Origin: a virus | Virus record (IMG/VR): IMGVR_UViG_3300013233_000773 | Length of the DNA: 64,000 bases | Direction: 5' to 3' (one strand) | Part shown: positions 19,093 through 28,192 of the stretch, one piece after another | How the letters are laid out: every line of letters starts with the position of its first letter | Position numbering within the stretch: the stretch's first letter is position 1 | Position numbers and translations under genes: made by a program | Notes under the pieces: generated by a model | Databases searched by the model: none | Seen by the model: only the letters and a program-made list of their open reading frames with translations | What the model was told of the DNA's origin: nothing

Positions 19093-19905
19093 CTATGCCT
19101 CCCTTATCCTTCCGGACAGAACGTCCACGCTCCTGTTCCCGTCGTACTCGTCCAGGTCCAGGAGATGCTTGAGCACGGCAGGCAAGGTAGAGGGGTCCAC
19201 CTTGCCGAACCTGTAGTCCGCATCAACCTCGCGGCAGAGACGGTCCGCGTCATACCGTCCCTCCTTGAGCATGCGCATGCACAGGTTCCTGGCCCTGACG
19301 TAGTTCGCCGATCCGGGATAGAGGACACAGTGGTTGATGTGCTTGTTGCACACCTGCCTTGGAAAGCACCAACCGACGTGATACACGGTCGCCGCAGAGG
19401 GCACTGCTCCCCTCACATCGAAGCTATATCCGTCCTGAATGCTCCTGGCACCATGGTCGATTATGCGCACAGCCCTGTCATAGGTCGGATTGAGGATCCT
19501 TCGATCAAAACCGTTCCGAAAGTGGAGGAATCTGACGGAGGCAGGTCTGCCTGCGTCCAATAGCATCTCCAGGGTGGTCATGTCGCTCTCGTGATAGACC
19601 TCGTCGGCCTGCACGTAGAACAACGGACCAGCGTCCGGCCACGTCGCCGATATCATCCTCATGGCGGCGTTGGTGGCGACGGCTATGGAGCTGCCGCCTG
19701 GGGATGGCGGAGGCCAGACGGCGGTCCTGATGTGCACCTTGCCGTTCAGTCCGGAGATCCTCTCCAGGACGTCTCCCGTTCCGTCGTCGCTTCCACAGTC
19801 GACCACCATGAACGAGTCGACCGTCGGAAGTGCCGAAAGAATAGCCTCTACGAACGGGTATCCAAGCCTGACGCCATTGCGCAGGACCATGAACGCAGTC
19901 TTCAT
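19093..19905 (-). CDS. Glycosyltransferase (GT2/GT-A fold)
   Basis: 'YPFVEAILSAL','VVDCGSDDGT','YVQADEV','VYHVGW'. Confidence 0.85.
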   Translation of the reverse strand: MKTAFMVLRNGVRLGYPFVEAILSALPTVDSFMVVDCGSDDGTGDVLERISGLNGKVHIRTAVWPPPSPGGSSIAVATNAAMRMISATWPDAGPLFYVQADEVYHESDMTTLEMLLDAGRPASVRFLHFRNGFDRRILNPTYDRAVRIIDHGARSIQDGYSFDVRGAVPSAATVYHVGWCFPRQVCNKHINHCVLYPGSANYVRARNLCMRMLKEGRYDADRLCREVDADYRFGKVDPSTLPAVLKHLLDLDEYDGNRSVDVLSGRIREA

Positions 19906-19917
19906 TGTCCCTCCAGT

Positions 19918-20286
19918 TCACTTGACACTGCCCTTGCGGGCCTTGTGCGACCTTCCATTGACCGCGAAGTGCCTCGGGTTCTTCTTCCTGCGCCCACCCT
20001 TGCGGAGACGGTCCGCAATGTCCGCCTTCTCGCCAGGCATCCGCATGCCAGCATAGGGATCGTCGTTGACCAGCTTGTGCAGGTGCATGTCCCGCCGTCT
20101 GCCCTTCTTGTCCAGCCACCCGTTTCCGCGCACGTAGCTGATCGGAATCGTCAGGAACGCAGTTTCTGCCCTGCCGCCGCACCTGGGGCACTTAACCTTG
20201 GGCTTCCTGTCCATCGGATGCTCTATCTCGAACGTGAAGAGGTCCTCGCCGTCGCTGCAGCTCCTACAGAAGTAGTCGTATTTCAT
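19918..20286 (-). CDS. FmdB-type zinc-ribbon protein
   Basis: 'MKYDYFCRSC...FEIEHPM...KCPRCG', with GGAGG RBS. Confidence 0.75.
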   Translation of the reverse strand: MKYDYFCRSCSDGEDLFTFEIEHPMDRKPKVKCPRCGGRAETAFLTIPISYVRGNGWLDKKGRRRDMHLHKLVNDDPYAGMRMPGEKADIADRLRKGGRRKKNPRHFAVNGRSHKARKGSVK

Positions 20287-20297
20287 TCTTCCTCCAA

Positions 20298-20672
20298 TTA
20301 TTTTCTCTTGCACGCCCATTTTATGGCTAGGTGGACGTGTAGGACCTGCAGGGAGGAGAACATTGATCTCCGCCGCTCCTTGGATGCCACCTCAGCCCCC
20401 TGTAGGTACCATTGCTCCAGCAGCACGTCGTCCACTCCATAATTCTCGATCAACAAGTCCCTCTCGTCTCCTGACTCGAACCACTTCCTGGTAGAGGCCA
20501 CCTCCTTTAGCGGCATCTCAAGATGGACCTTCTCCCACGTCGCCCGCCTAGTCGCGACGAGGACGCCCTTCTCCTCCTTGAACGGAAACCTATACCTCGG
20601 CCTGTCGACGGCGTACAGGACCTGTCCGCCCTCCAGTCCAGATATCCTCATCGACCAGTTACCGCGTATCAT
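20298..20672 (-). CDS. Hypothetical protein
   Basis: 124-aa ORF coupled to the helicase stop. Confidence 0.55.
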   Translation of the reverse strand: MIRGNWSMRISGLEGGQVLYAVDRPRYRFPFKEEKGVLVATRRATWEKVHLEMPLKEVASTRKWFESGDERDLLIENYGVDDVLLEQWYLQGAEVASKERRRSMFSSLQVLHVHLAIKWACKRK

Positions 20673-22000
20673 CTAAGGTCAGCCTCCCGCATCACCATCG
20701 TCTCGTAGTTGATCGTGGACGACACGGTCACGAACTTCTGCCCGTTCCTGTTCTTCGCCACGTAGAATCGGCACTTGGCGTCGGTCACCGGTCCGCCATC
20801 GCCCTGCCTGCCGGACTCGTACTCGTCCCTCGTCTGGTTTATCGTGACCACGTAGCTCAGAGGCATGTTCTTGCCATAGCTCTCGGCCGTCTTGTTGAGG
20901 TCAATCACCTTGTCGCCACCCTTGCCGTCCTGTGGCTCCAGGCCGGCCCTGTTAGCCTGGCTGGCCGTGACCACGAACACGTTCTCCTTCTTAGCTAGGC
21001 GGCAGATCTCGGTGCTTACCTTCTTCTGGGAATGATATGGGCCGTCGTCGCGCTGCATCGTCCGCGGAACGAGCAGCTCCAGATAGTCGATGATCACCAC
21101 GTCGATGGTCAGCCTGTGCATCCTGCGGAGACTGTCTATCAGGGCATGTATGACGTCCACGGAGACGTCGTCCGGAGGATACTCCACGATAACCAGCTGG
21201 GCCTTGTTCGTGCTCTTGATCGCGTTCAGGTTCTTGGCCATATAGTCCCTATAGTCGAGCCTCCTGCGTATGGGCTTGTGCGTGAAGGTGCCGAGGTACC
21301 TGTGTCCGACCTGCTGCCTGGTCATCTCCAAGGAGACGTGCAGCACGTTCCTTCCCCTGCGCACGTTGGACGCGGCCACGTTGCCGAGTGCTATAGACTT
21401 CCCGACCCCCGTCGGAGCCATGAAGCACAGCACGTCCTTGCGCACGGGGCCACCGTCGTTCAGACACCTGTCCAGCATCGGGAATCCAGTCGTGAACCTG
21501 TCCTGCTGCTCCTCCGAGAAGAGCTGATCATAGTCGTCGAAGAAGAACATCAGGTCCGTGCCGAACCTGGTTATCCTCCTGGCCTCCTCGATGATTCCGT
21601 CCTGGACCGCATAGTCGCCGCGCTCGTGTGCCTCCAAGGCCTCCCTGCTATATAGCTGAGCATACTGCTTGTGGCGCGCCCACTCCATGAGACGCTCGAC
21701 CACGACCGGCTCATCCCTGGGATCCAGCTCCTCCTTGATCAGGTCGATCACGTCGTCATGGGGATCGTCCACCGTGAGCTGCTGCTCGGCCACGTCCAGG
21801 GCCATTCGCCTACTGAGGACCACGTCGTGCTTCTCGTGATAGAACTGCACGATGCTGAACACGAACCTAGTCTCGTACTGCTCGAAGTATTCAGGCTTGA
21901 GGAACTTCAGGACCGACGAGAAGAACTCGGGCTGATCGAACGCCAATGATATGATCGCCCGCTCCTCGGCGGGACCGAACGTCCTGTCGTCTGCATCCAT
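20669..22000 (-). CDS. Replicative DNA helicase (DnaB / T4 gp41-like)
   Basis: 'TTGFPMLD','APTGVGKS','HVSLEM','IIDYLEL','TASQANR','AKNRNG'. Confidence 0.92.
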   Translation of the reverse strand: MDADDRTFGPAEERAIISLAFDQPEFFSSVLKFLKPEYFEQYETRFVFSIVQFYHEKHDVVLSRRMALDVAEQQLTVDDPHDDVIDLIKEELDPRDEPVVVERLMEWARHKQYAQLYSREALEAHERGDYAVQDGIIEEARRITRFGTDLMFFFDDYDQLFSEEQQDRFTTGFPMLDRCLNDGGPVRKDVLCFMAPTGVGKSIALGNVAASNVRRGRNVLHVSLEMTRQQVGHRYLGTFTHKPIRRRLDYRDYMAKNLNAIKSTNKAQLVIVEYPPDDVSVDVIHALIDSLRRMHRLTIDVVIIDYLELLVPRTMQRDDGPYHSQKKVSTEICRLAKKENVFVVTASQANRAGLEPQDGKGGDKVIDLNKTAESYGKNMPLSYVVTINQTRDEYESGRQGDGGPVTDAKCRFYVAKNRNGQKFVTVSSTINYETMVMREADLR

Positions 22001-22014
22001 GTGCGCTTCCGTGG

Positions 22015-22743
22015 CTATGCAGTCGCCTCAGGGCACAGGCTGGTGAGCCTCGCCTCGTCGTTAGAGACCGACCTCTCCATGAAGGACACGGCCAGGCCGA
22101 GAGCCTCGCATATTGAGCACAGCTCACTCTCCCTATAGGCTACTACCTTATCGTGCTGCATCGTGCCCCTGTCTCCGACCGGCAACGGCCTCTCCGGACG
22201 CGGCTTGAAGACGACCTGGTATGACCACTGCCCGGCCCCGACGTCCCACGACGACTGGTCGAGTCGAAGCCCCTCCAGGCGGCCCGTCGTCTCCGCAGTC
22301 TCCCTCAAATACGCCACCTCGTTGAACCCGAACCTCGGAGCAGGAAGGAAGTCAGACGATCCAGACCTCGTCGCCCGGCCTGGCTCCACTGGATGACCAG
22401 CGTCCGTCCCACCGCACAGCGAATCGAACCTGCTCCGCAGGTCCGCAAGCTCCCTCGCAGAGACGGCCAGCCGAATAGGAAGGGCCTCGCACAGGGTAGC
22501 CAAGTTCTCCTCCCGGACCTCGACTGGGCCAATCGCCGCGTCCTTGCGAGCGACGAACCTGCCGAACGACTTCCGGAACTGCCTCTCCGCCGAATAGACG
22601 TATGCACTCAGGGATGGCTCGAACCTAACACCAGCAACGAGGACCGCCTCAATGAAGCCCTTCCTGGCGGACGGAAGCAGGTACACCACCTCGCCCACCC
22701 CGAACGATGGCTTCCCCGGCCTAAGGACGCTCCTATCAGGCAT
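22015..22743 (-). CDS. Hypothetical protein with internal domain duplication
   Basis: 'PSFGVGEVVYL..ARKG.IE' and 'PRFGFNEVAYL..AETTGRLE', each followed by 'L.T/S.CEAL'. Confidence 0.6.
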   Translation of the reverse strand: MPDRSVLRPGKPSFGVGEVVYLLPSARKGFIEAVLVAGVRFEPSLSAYVYSAERQFRKSFGRFVARKDAAIGPVEVREENLATLCEALPIRLAVSARELADLRSRFDSLCGGTDAGHPVEPGRATRSGSSDFLPAPRFGFNEVAYLRETAETTGRLEGLRLDQSSWDVGAGQWSYQVVFKPRPERPLPVGDRGTMQHDKVVAYRESELCSICEALGLAVSFMERSVSNDEARLTSLCPEATA

Positions 22744-22747
22744 TCCA

Positions 22748-23806
22748 TCACTCCCCAGGCTCTAGCTCCATGCCGACCAGGACGTCCTCACCACCAGCCT
22801 CGTCAATAGTTTTGGGCAGAACCTTGGCCTCAAGGAGCTTCCTGAGGCCGTCACGGACCTCCTGAGCACCACTGAGGAACTTCACAGCGTTCATCCACCC
22901 CATGCCTAGCTTCTGCTCGCCAATCGAGAAGCTGGTGCCCCTCCGCTGGATGACCTTATGCTTCAAGCCAAGGTCCAGCAGATCCCCCTCGGACGAGATA
23001 CCATGATTGAACAGGATGACGAACTCCGCAGTCCGGAACGGGGGAGCCACCTTGTTCTTCACGACCTTGACCTTAGTCTTGTTCCCGGAGAAGCCGGACT
23101 CCGAGCCAGAATCCTTCATACTACCTATCCTACGGATGTCCAGACGAACCGAAGCATAAAACTTCAAGGCACGGCCGCCAGGAGTTACCGTCGGATCTCC
23201 GTGCCCAAAACTTCTGATCTTCTCCCTTATCTGATTGATGAACAGTAGACACGTGTTGGACCGGCGCACGGACCCCTTGAGCATCCGCAGGGCCTTCGAC
23301 ATCATCCTCGCCTGCGCCCCGACCTGCACGTCGTCCATTGCGCCCTCCAGCTCCTCCTTCGGCACGAGGGCGGCCACCGAGTCCACCACGACGACTCCGA
23401 CTATTCCGGAATCAACGCACTTCTCCACGATCTGGAGAGCCTGCTGGCCGCTATCCGGCTGCGAGAACAGGAGCTTCCGCATGTCCACCCCTATGTTGAT
23501 CGCATATTCCGGATCTACAGCGTGCTCGGCGTCGATATATGCGGCATGCAGCCCAGAAGCCTGCGCCTCGGCCACGACGGTCATCGCTAGGGTTGTCTTT
23601 CCGCTCGACTCCGGACCATAGATCTCGGCTATCCGCCCCCTTGGAAGGCCACCAACGCCAAGCGCGGCGTCCAGGCTAAGGCACCGAGTGGATATAGCAT
23701 CGCACCGCTTGATGACGCCGCCCTCTCCGAACCTGACCGCATCGTCGCCAAAGTCGGTCCTTATCTGGTCAACGAGGTGTTCAATGTCGTTCTCTTCCTT
23801 AGCCAT
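22748..23806 (-). CDS. recA: RecA recombinase
   Basis: 'GGLPRGRIAEIYGPESSGKTT','IDAEHA','SQPDSG','VDSVAAL','QARMMSKALR','GGRALKFYAS','KNKVAPPF'. Start MAKEEND with GGAG RBS. Confidence 0.95.
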   Translation of the reverse strand: MAKEENDIEHLVDQIRTDFGDDAVRFGEGGVIKRCDAISTRCLSLDAALGVGGLPRGRIAEIYGPESSGKTTLAMTVVAEAQASGLHAAYIDAEHAVDPEYAINIGVDMRKLLFSQPDSGQQALQIVEKCVDSGIVGVVVVDSVAALVPKEELEGAMDDVQVGAQARMMSKALRMLKGSVRRSNTCLLFINQIREKIRSFGHGDPTVTPGGRALKFYASVRLDIRRIGSMKDSGSESGFSGNKTKVKVVKNKVAPPFRTAEFVILFNHGISSEGDLLDLGLKHKVIQRRGTSFSIGEQKLGMGWMNAVKFLSGAQEVRDGLRKLLEAKVLPKTIDEAGGEDVLVGMELEPGE

Positions 23807-24098
23807 CGTTCTCCTCCACACTGTGCACGTCAAGGACACGTTCAAGGTCCTTCCTTGTTCGAATACTCCGCGCGAGCTTCGCGGCGGACTGCGGATCATA
23901 TGAGCCAACCTTGACCACGTCCTCCTGTGGAACCTGTATAAGGGTATGATTCCTGGCGAGCAGCAGCATATCACTGCCCTCCACCCCGGCCACGACCGTC
24001 CAGGTACCCATGGGAGAGGCCGACGCCCCCGCAGGCCCGGAGACCCACGCCACGCGCCGCACGGACAGCAGCCTTACGAAATCGAACCTTCCAATCAT
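23799..24098 (-). CDS. Hypothetical protein
   Basis: ~99-aa ORF coupled to the recA start. Confidence 0.55.
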   Translation of the reverse strand: MIGRFDFVRLLSVRRVAWVSGPAGASASPMGTWTVVAGVEGSDMLLLARNHTLIQVPQEDVVKVGSYDPQSAAKLARSIRTRKDLERVLDVHSVEENDG

Positions 24099-24141
24099 GG
24101 TCAAAGATATCTACGGAAAACCGGAACGGCGGAGAATCTCC

Positions 24142-24618
24142 ATGCGCAAACAAGAGAAGACCGTACTCGAGGCGATAAAGAGCATACTCGGAACCGGCAA
24201 GACCAAGCACGGAATAGTGGACGTAGACCGTGACGAGACCTCGCACCGGTTCGAGCACGAATGGAACTCCATAGAAGCAGAGTTCGCCCTCAAGTGCGCA
24301 GGTTCCCCACACCTGGACGGCCTCACGGCCGCCTTCCACGACATCCACAGCTACAAGTACCTCGACGACCCAACCTTCAACGTCTCCCTCGAAAAGAGAA
24401 TGACCGCGACCGGCATCCCAGCAGAGGACCGCACCAAGGCCCAGAAGGCCCTCGGCGACATGCTCAACGAACGCAAGGACATGGCCGAGAAGGACACAGG
24501 CTGGCATCCACAGCTAGACGAAATAGCCGACATGACCCGGAACGCCGACAACCGCGACGCCAAGATCACCACCCCCTACACTGGAGGCGGACCCGCCCCG
24601 TCCGAAGACGGCCAATGA
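24142..24618 (+). CDS. Hypothetical protein (possible virion protein)
   Basis: MRKQEKTVLEAIK start after GGAG RBS and a CAAAGATA motif. Confidence 0.6.
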   Translation: MRKQEKTVLEAIKSILGTGKTKHGIVDVDRDETSHRFEHEWNSIEAEFALKCAGSPHLDGLTAAFHDIHSYKYLDDPTFNVSLEKRMTATGIPAEDRTKAQKALGDMLNERKDMAEKDTGWHPQLDEIADMTRNADNRDAKITTPYTGGGPAPSEDGQ

Positions 24619-24851
24619 AGCTGGACTCCCTCAGCGGAATGAGTCCACTGGAGGCCGCGCTGGCCACCAACCCACTTATGAAGGACATCTCCAAGCGGAC
24701 CTACATGCACCAATGGCAGGACTCGGACAAGATAGAACGACAAAAGCAACCAACCCTACGCACACAGGTCGGGAACGGCGGAGACTCCTACCTCGAGGCC
24801 AGACCACGGCTAAAGAAGTACTTCGGAGGATCGTTCGCAAGGGCCCTCTAA
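24615..24851 (+). CDS. Small hypothetical protein (possible virion-internal)
   Basis: ATGA overlap with the previous gene; 'MKLDSLSGMSPLEAA'. Confidence 0.55.
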   Translation: MKLDSLSGMSPLEAALATNPLMKDISKRTYMHQWQDSDKIERQKQPTLRTQVGNGGDSYLEARPRLKKYFGGSFARAL

Positions 24852-24852
24852 C

Positions 24853-25293
24853 ATGAAGAGCATAGGCATACTGAACAACGTCCTGCTGGCCAAGATCAAC
24901 TCCCAGGCAGGGCCCGGAAACCAGTTCCAGGTGCTCGGTCTCGACAACAGACCCAGGATAGACGCAGGATCGCTCGGAGCCCAGAGTGGACTCGGCGTCG
25001 AAGACTTCACCATCTACGACACCAAGGTAGTCCCGGACGACAACACAGTCAACATAAGGCAGGTGTCCGTCAACTTCCTGGCGTCGTTCGGAACCGTCCT
25101 GTCCTACGTGGCCCCGGGTCTCTCCGGACTGAGCCAGGACCAGCTCCGCAGCACCATATTCAACGCGCTAAACCAGAGCGCCGGAAAGGTCCAGGAAGGA
25201 CCGGGAGACGAGAACGGCAACGAAAGGTTCATGTTCGTGATGGGCAGCACCAACGCCACCTTCCGCAAGCGTCCCCCGGTATGCCTGCGCTAG
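24853..25293 (+). CDS. Hypothetical protein
   Basis: 146-aa ORF in operon. Confidence 0.6.
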   Translation: MKSIGILNNVLLAKINSQAGPGNQFQVLGLDNRPRIDAGSLGAQSGLGVEDFTIYDTKVVPDDNTVNIRQVSVNFLASFGTVLSYVAPGLSGLSQDQLRSTIFNALNQSAGKVQEGPGDENGNERFMFVMGSTNATFRKRPPVCLR

Positions 25294-26138
25294 ACATTGA
25301 GAAGGCCCATTCCACCACACTTCTTGCACTGAACCTGCTTTCCCCTATCCTTGACCGCGCCAAGGCCCTTGCACAGGGTGCAGTCGCGCACATCCGGGCC
25401 ACTCTTGGCAAACGAGTGAAACGAGTCGCCGTCCAGTGACTCCCTTGCGAGCCTCTTGAATCGCTCCTGGATCACCCTGTCGTCCACGCTCACTATATTG
25501 GTCATGGACTTGCCGCTTATGTTGCTCACGGTCTCCCTGGGGATCTCCACGGTCCGCGGGCCAGCCTTGATCCTCTGTACGTCCAGGACCCTAGTCACCG
25601 GCTTCACCTTCTTGGCGTCGGACGGCAGCTCCCCCGCATCGACCCCAGCACTGATCTCCTGCTGCACCGCCTCCGTCGGATCGACCTCCTGATGCTGCTC
25701 GATCTGGACTCCACCGACCTTCCCGCCTATCGACCGTGCCCTCCGCACCTTCCGGGCCCTCCTCCCGCTGACGTCCACCTCCGCACCAAGCTCCTCACCC
25801 GGACTAGGCTTTCCTGGCTCCGCTACGGCCTGGACCGACCCAGTCTCCTCGGAGACTACCTCCACAGCATCGCTGCGGGCCGTGCTCGACGCCAACACGA
25901 GGCCTGTACTGCTCTCCTCTCCGGTCATTCCGAACTCGCTAAGGACCTCTAGGGCCTCCTTTACCTTGCGGAGCTTCTCGACAAGGAGCTTCTTGACGGT
26001 CCGCGGAGTCATGTCGTCGGAATGCTCCTCACAGACACCGACGACGTACTCGCTCCCATCGATCCTGACGCCCATCGTCACGGAAACATCGGCGGAACCG
26101 CACGATATGCACGACTTCCTCAGTCTAGAAAGGTTCAT
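25290..26138 (-). CDS. Zn-finger protein with DnaJ-type CxxCxGxG repeats
   Basis: N-terminal CISC..CEEH; C-terminal CTLCKGLG..CKKCGGMG. Confidence 0.65.
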   Translation of the reverse strand: MNLSRLRKSCISCGSADVSVTMGVRIDGSEYVVGVCEEHSDDMTPRTVKKLLVEKLRKVKEALEVLSEFGMTGEESSTGLVLASSTARSDAVEVVSEETGSVQAVAEPGKPSPGEELGAEVDVSGRRARKVRRARSIGGKVGGVQIEQHQEVDPTEAVQQEISAGVDAGELPSDAKKVKPVTRVLDVQRIKAGPRTVEIPRETVSNISGKSMTNIVSVDDRVIQERFKRLARESLDGDSFHSFAKSGPDVRDCTLCKGLGAVKDRGKQVQCKKCGGMGLLNV

Positions 26139-26141
26139 GGC

Positions 26142-26549
26142 ATGGCCTCCGGCTCCGACAAGATCGACCTCGACATTAAGTACTTCCTGACGACCTCACC
26201 AGGCCCCATACCGAAAGCGACCATCAAGGCCATCGACCACGCGGTCAGCCTGGAAGGAGCGGTCGAAGCGCGCATAAGGAAGGTCGCCCCAAGGCACGGA
26301 CCGACCGAACAGGACCTCCACAGGACCCTACACGGCCTGCTAAAGGCCGCCCAGCACGGGCAGGGACTGGCCAAGACGCAGCTGCTGGAACTGGCCAGCG
26401 TCAAGAAAGACAGGCTACCCATCCTCGTCAAGAGACTGCGGAAGATGCTCGGAACGGAAGGGCAGTACGTCCTCGAAAGGAAGGGAACCGGAAAGGCTAC
26501 ATCCTACCTTCTGAAGGTCGACCACCGGCGAACCTCAGGATCCGCCTGA
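26142..26549 (+). CDS. Putative winged-helix DNA-binding protein
   Basis: MASGSDKID start; C-terminal 'LAKTQLLELA...LVKRLRKML...VLERKGTGKATSYLL' helix-helix-wing pattern. Confidence 0.5.
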   Translation: MASGSDKIDLDIKYFLTTSPGPIPKATIKAIDHAVSLEGAVEARIRKVAPRHGPTEQDLHRTLHGLLKAAQHGQGLAKTQLLELASVKKDRLPILVKRLRKMLGTEGQYVLERKGTGKATSYLLKVDHRRTSGSA

Positions 26550-27426
26550 CGCATCCCGTCACGTCCATCATGTCATCCCACTGTGCATTGCTGCCGACGC
26601 ACAGCACCCCGAGCTCCTCCAGCCAGCCAAGGTCGGGAGGAGACCCGACCGGAACTGCGCCCGGAATCCTCCTTGCGTCGACTATGTCAAGGTCGTATCC
26701 CAGACAGCTTCCGAAGTGCAGGTACGGATTGTCCACCGGCTCGAACGTGAAAAAGACATGCTCAGACACGCCCGTCCTAACCACCTTGTAGAACCCAATG
26801 TCAAGGTCACTGACAAGACACTGCCCGGCTCCCTCCAGATCGACCCTTGATGACACTATCCGGTACGCGCACGAATCCCTCGCGCGAAGACCAGAAGCAT
26901 CCCTCCCGCAGAGTCCCAGGAAGGCATCCAGCGGAACAGTGCTCACCAGCCTGTCGTACTCGAGCTCGCCGCTGGAGCACCTGACCCTCCTTGCCGACAG
27001 GTCAATGGACAGGACCTTGCCTATCTCGGCCGCTCCCTGGATCTCGTCCCAGAACTTCCTCTGAAGCCCAGCATAGAGCTGCATTACCGTGCCGGCGAAG
27101 GTCATGAAGGCCGTCTCCAGGGCCTTGGCGGCATGCACTGGCACGCTCTCCCCATATACCTTCCTGAGGTATGGGTCGACCACCATCGGATGCGCATTGT
27201 AGAACAGCTGACCTTGATAGGAGAAAGGACGCTTGTACATCAGCTTCGGGCCGCAGTCCCCAAGGACGTCGCCCAGACCATCGACGTCGGCGTACCGTAT
27301 GAAGTCGTCCGCCAAGGGACGGTCGAACGAATAGTATCTGGACTTCCTAAACGGCACCATCCTTGCACCGTCCAGGATTAGACGGGCCAGGCATCCAATG
27401 ACCCCGGAACCGAGGATGACAGTCAT
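26497..27426 (-). CDS. FAD/NAD-binding oxidoreductase-like protein (UDP-galactopyranose mutase/HemY-like)
   Basis: 'VILGSGVIG' Rossmann motif, 'YDRLVSTVPL', 'CVGSNAQW'. Confidence 0.65.
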   Translation of the reverse strand: MTVILGSGVIGCLARLILDGARMVPFRKSRYYSFDRPLADDFIRYADVDGLGDVLGDCGPKLMYKRPFSYQGQLFYNAHPMVVDPYLRKVYGESVPVHAAKALETAFMTFAGTVMQLYAGLQRKFWDEIQGAAEIGKVLSIDLSARRVRCSSGELEYDRLVSTVPLDAFLGLCGRDASGLRARDSCAYRIVSSRVDLEGAGQCLVSDLDIGFYKVVRTGVSEHVFFTFEPVDNPYLHFGSCLGYDLDIVDARRIPGAVPVGSPPDLGWLEELGVLCVGSNAQWDDMMDVTGCVRRILRFAGGRPSEGRM

Positions 27427-27944
27427 CGCCAACAGCCCAAGTCCCACGAAGCCACGATGTCCTCGACGTCGCTCAAACCGGAAGGAGGCTCCGGCATTCC
27501 GTCGAGGACACGAGGAAGTGCTACCGTATCCATCGACACCGTGCCCTCATAGGCCTCGAAGCCATCGGTGTACGGAGCATGCCCGAGATGCATCTCGGAG
27601 GCGTAGAACGATCCCTCAGCCACCGGGTCTACGAACACGTCCTGCTCAGCTGCCCCCTCCTCCTCCGGATCGATGATCTTCTGTCCGACGTTCTGCACCA
27701 CCGTGCCAGAGGCGGACACGGAAGCGTCCGGACCACACGCAGCGCAGGTCACCGGAACCACCTCAAGGCCGACAGTGATCCCAGCATCGAACGTGACCAT
27801 ACCACCACAGGACGGACATGTGGTCTCGTACGTCAAGGCCCGCACGACGTTCCCCTCGCCGTCCATCTCGAACTCGACCGGACGCCCAGTCAGGCGCTCC
27901 CCATAGACGTCGACCATCACCCTATCGAACGGATTATCTCCCAT
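27423..27944 (-). CDS. Acidic Zn-ribbon protein
   Basis: CPSC...CAAC motifs; coupled to neighbours. Confidence 0.55.
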   Translation of the reverse strand: MGDNPFDRVMVDVYGERLTGRPVEFEMDGEGNVVRALTYETTCPSCGGMVTFDAGITVGLEVVPVTCAACGPDASVSASGTVVQNVGQKIIDPEEEGAAEQDVFVDPVAEGSFYASEMHLGHAPYTDGFEAYEGTVSMDTVALPRVLDGMPEPPSGLSDVEDIVASWDLGCWR

Positions 27945-28185
27945 CGCCCGACTCCCCGATTACGCGCCTGACCCGCTCCATTATCCCATCCCAGCACGAC
28001 CTGCACAAGTCCAGATCCATGAACCTCCGGTCGATCTCCTTAGGACCAACCTTCTGGGCGACGCTGTCCACGGAGACCAGGTCGACCTTCGCGCTATAGT
28101 ACTCGAACACATTCTGATGCACGGAACCGCACAGATCGCACCGGATACCTGTACACTTGCCGTTGGCGTAGTGACCGGCCACCAA
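27934..28185 (-). CDS. Small Zn-binding protein
   Basis: 'IRCDLCG...DLCRSC'. Confidence 0.6.
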   Translation of the reverse strand: MVAGHYANGKCTGIRCDLCGSVHQNVFEYYSAKVDLVSVDSVAQKVGPKEIDRRFMDLDLCRSCWDGIMERVRRVIGESGDGR

Positions 28186-28192
28186 AAGGCTC

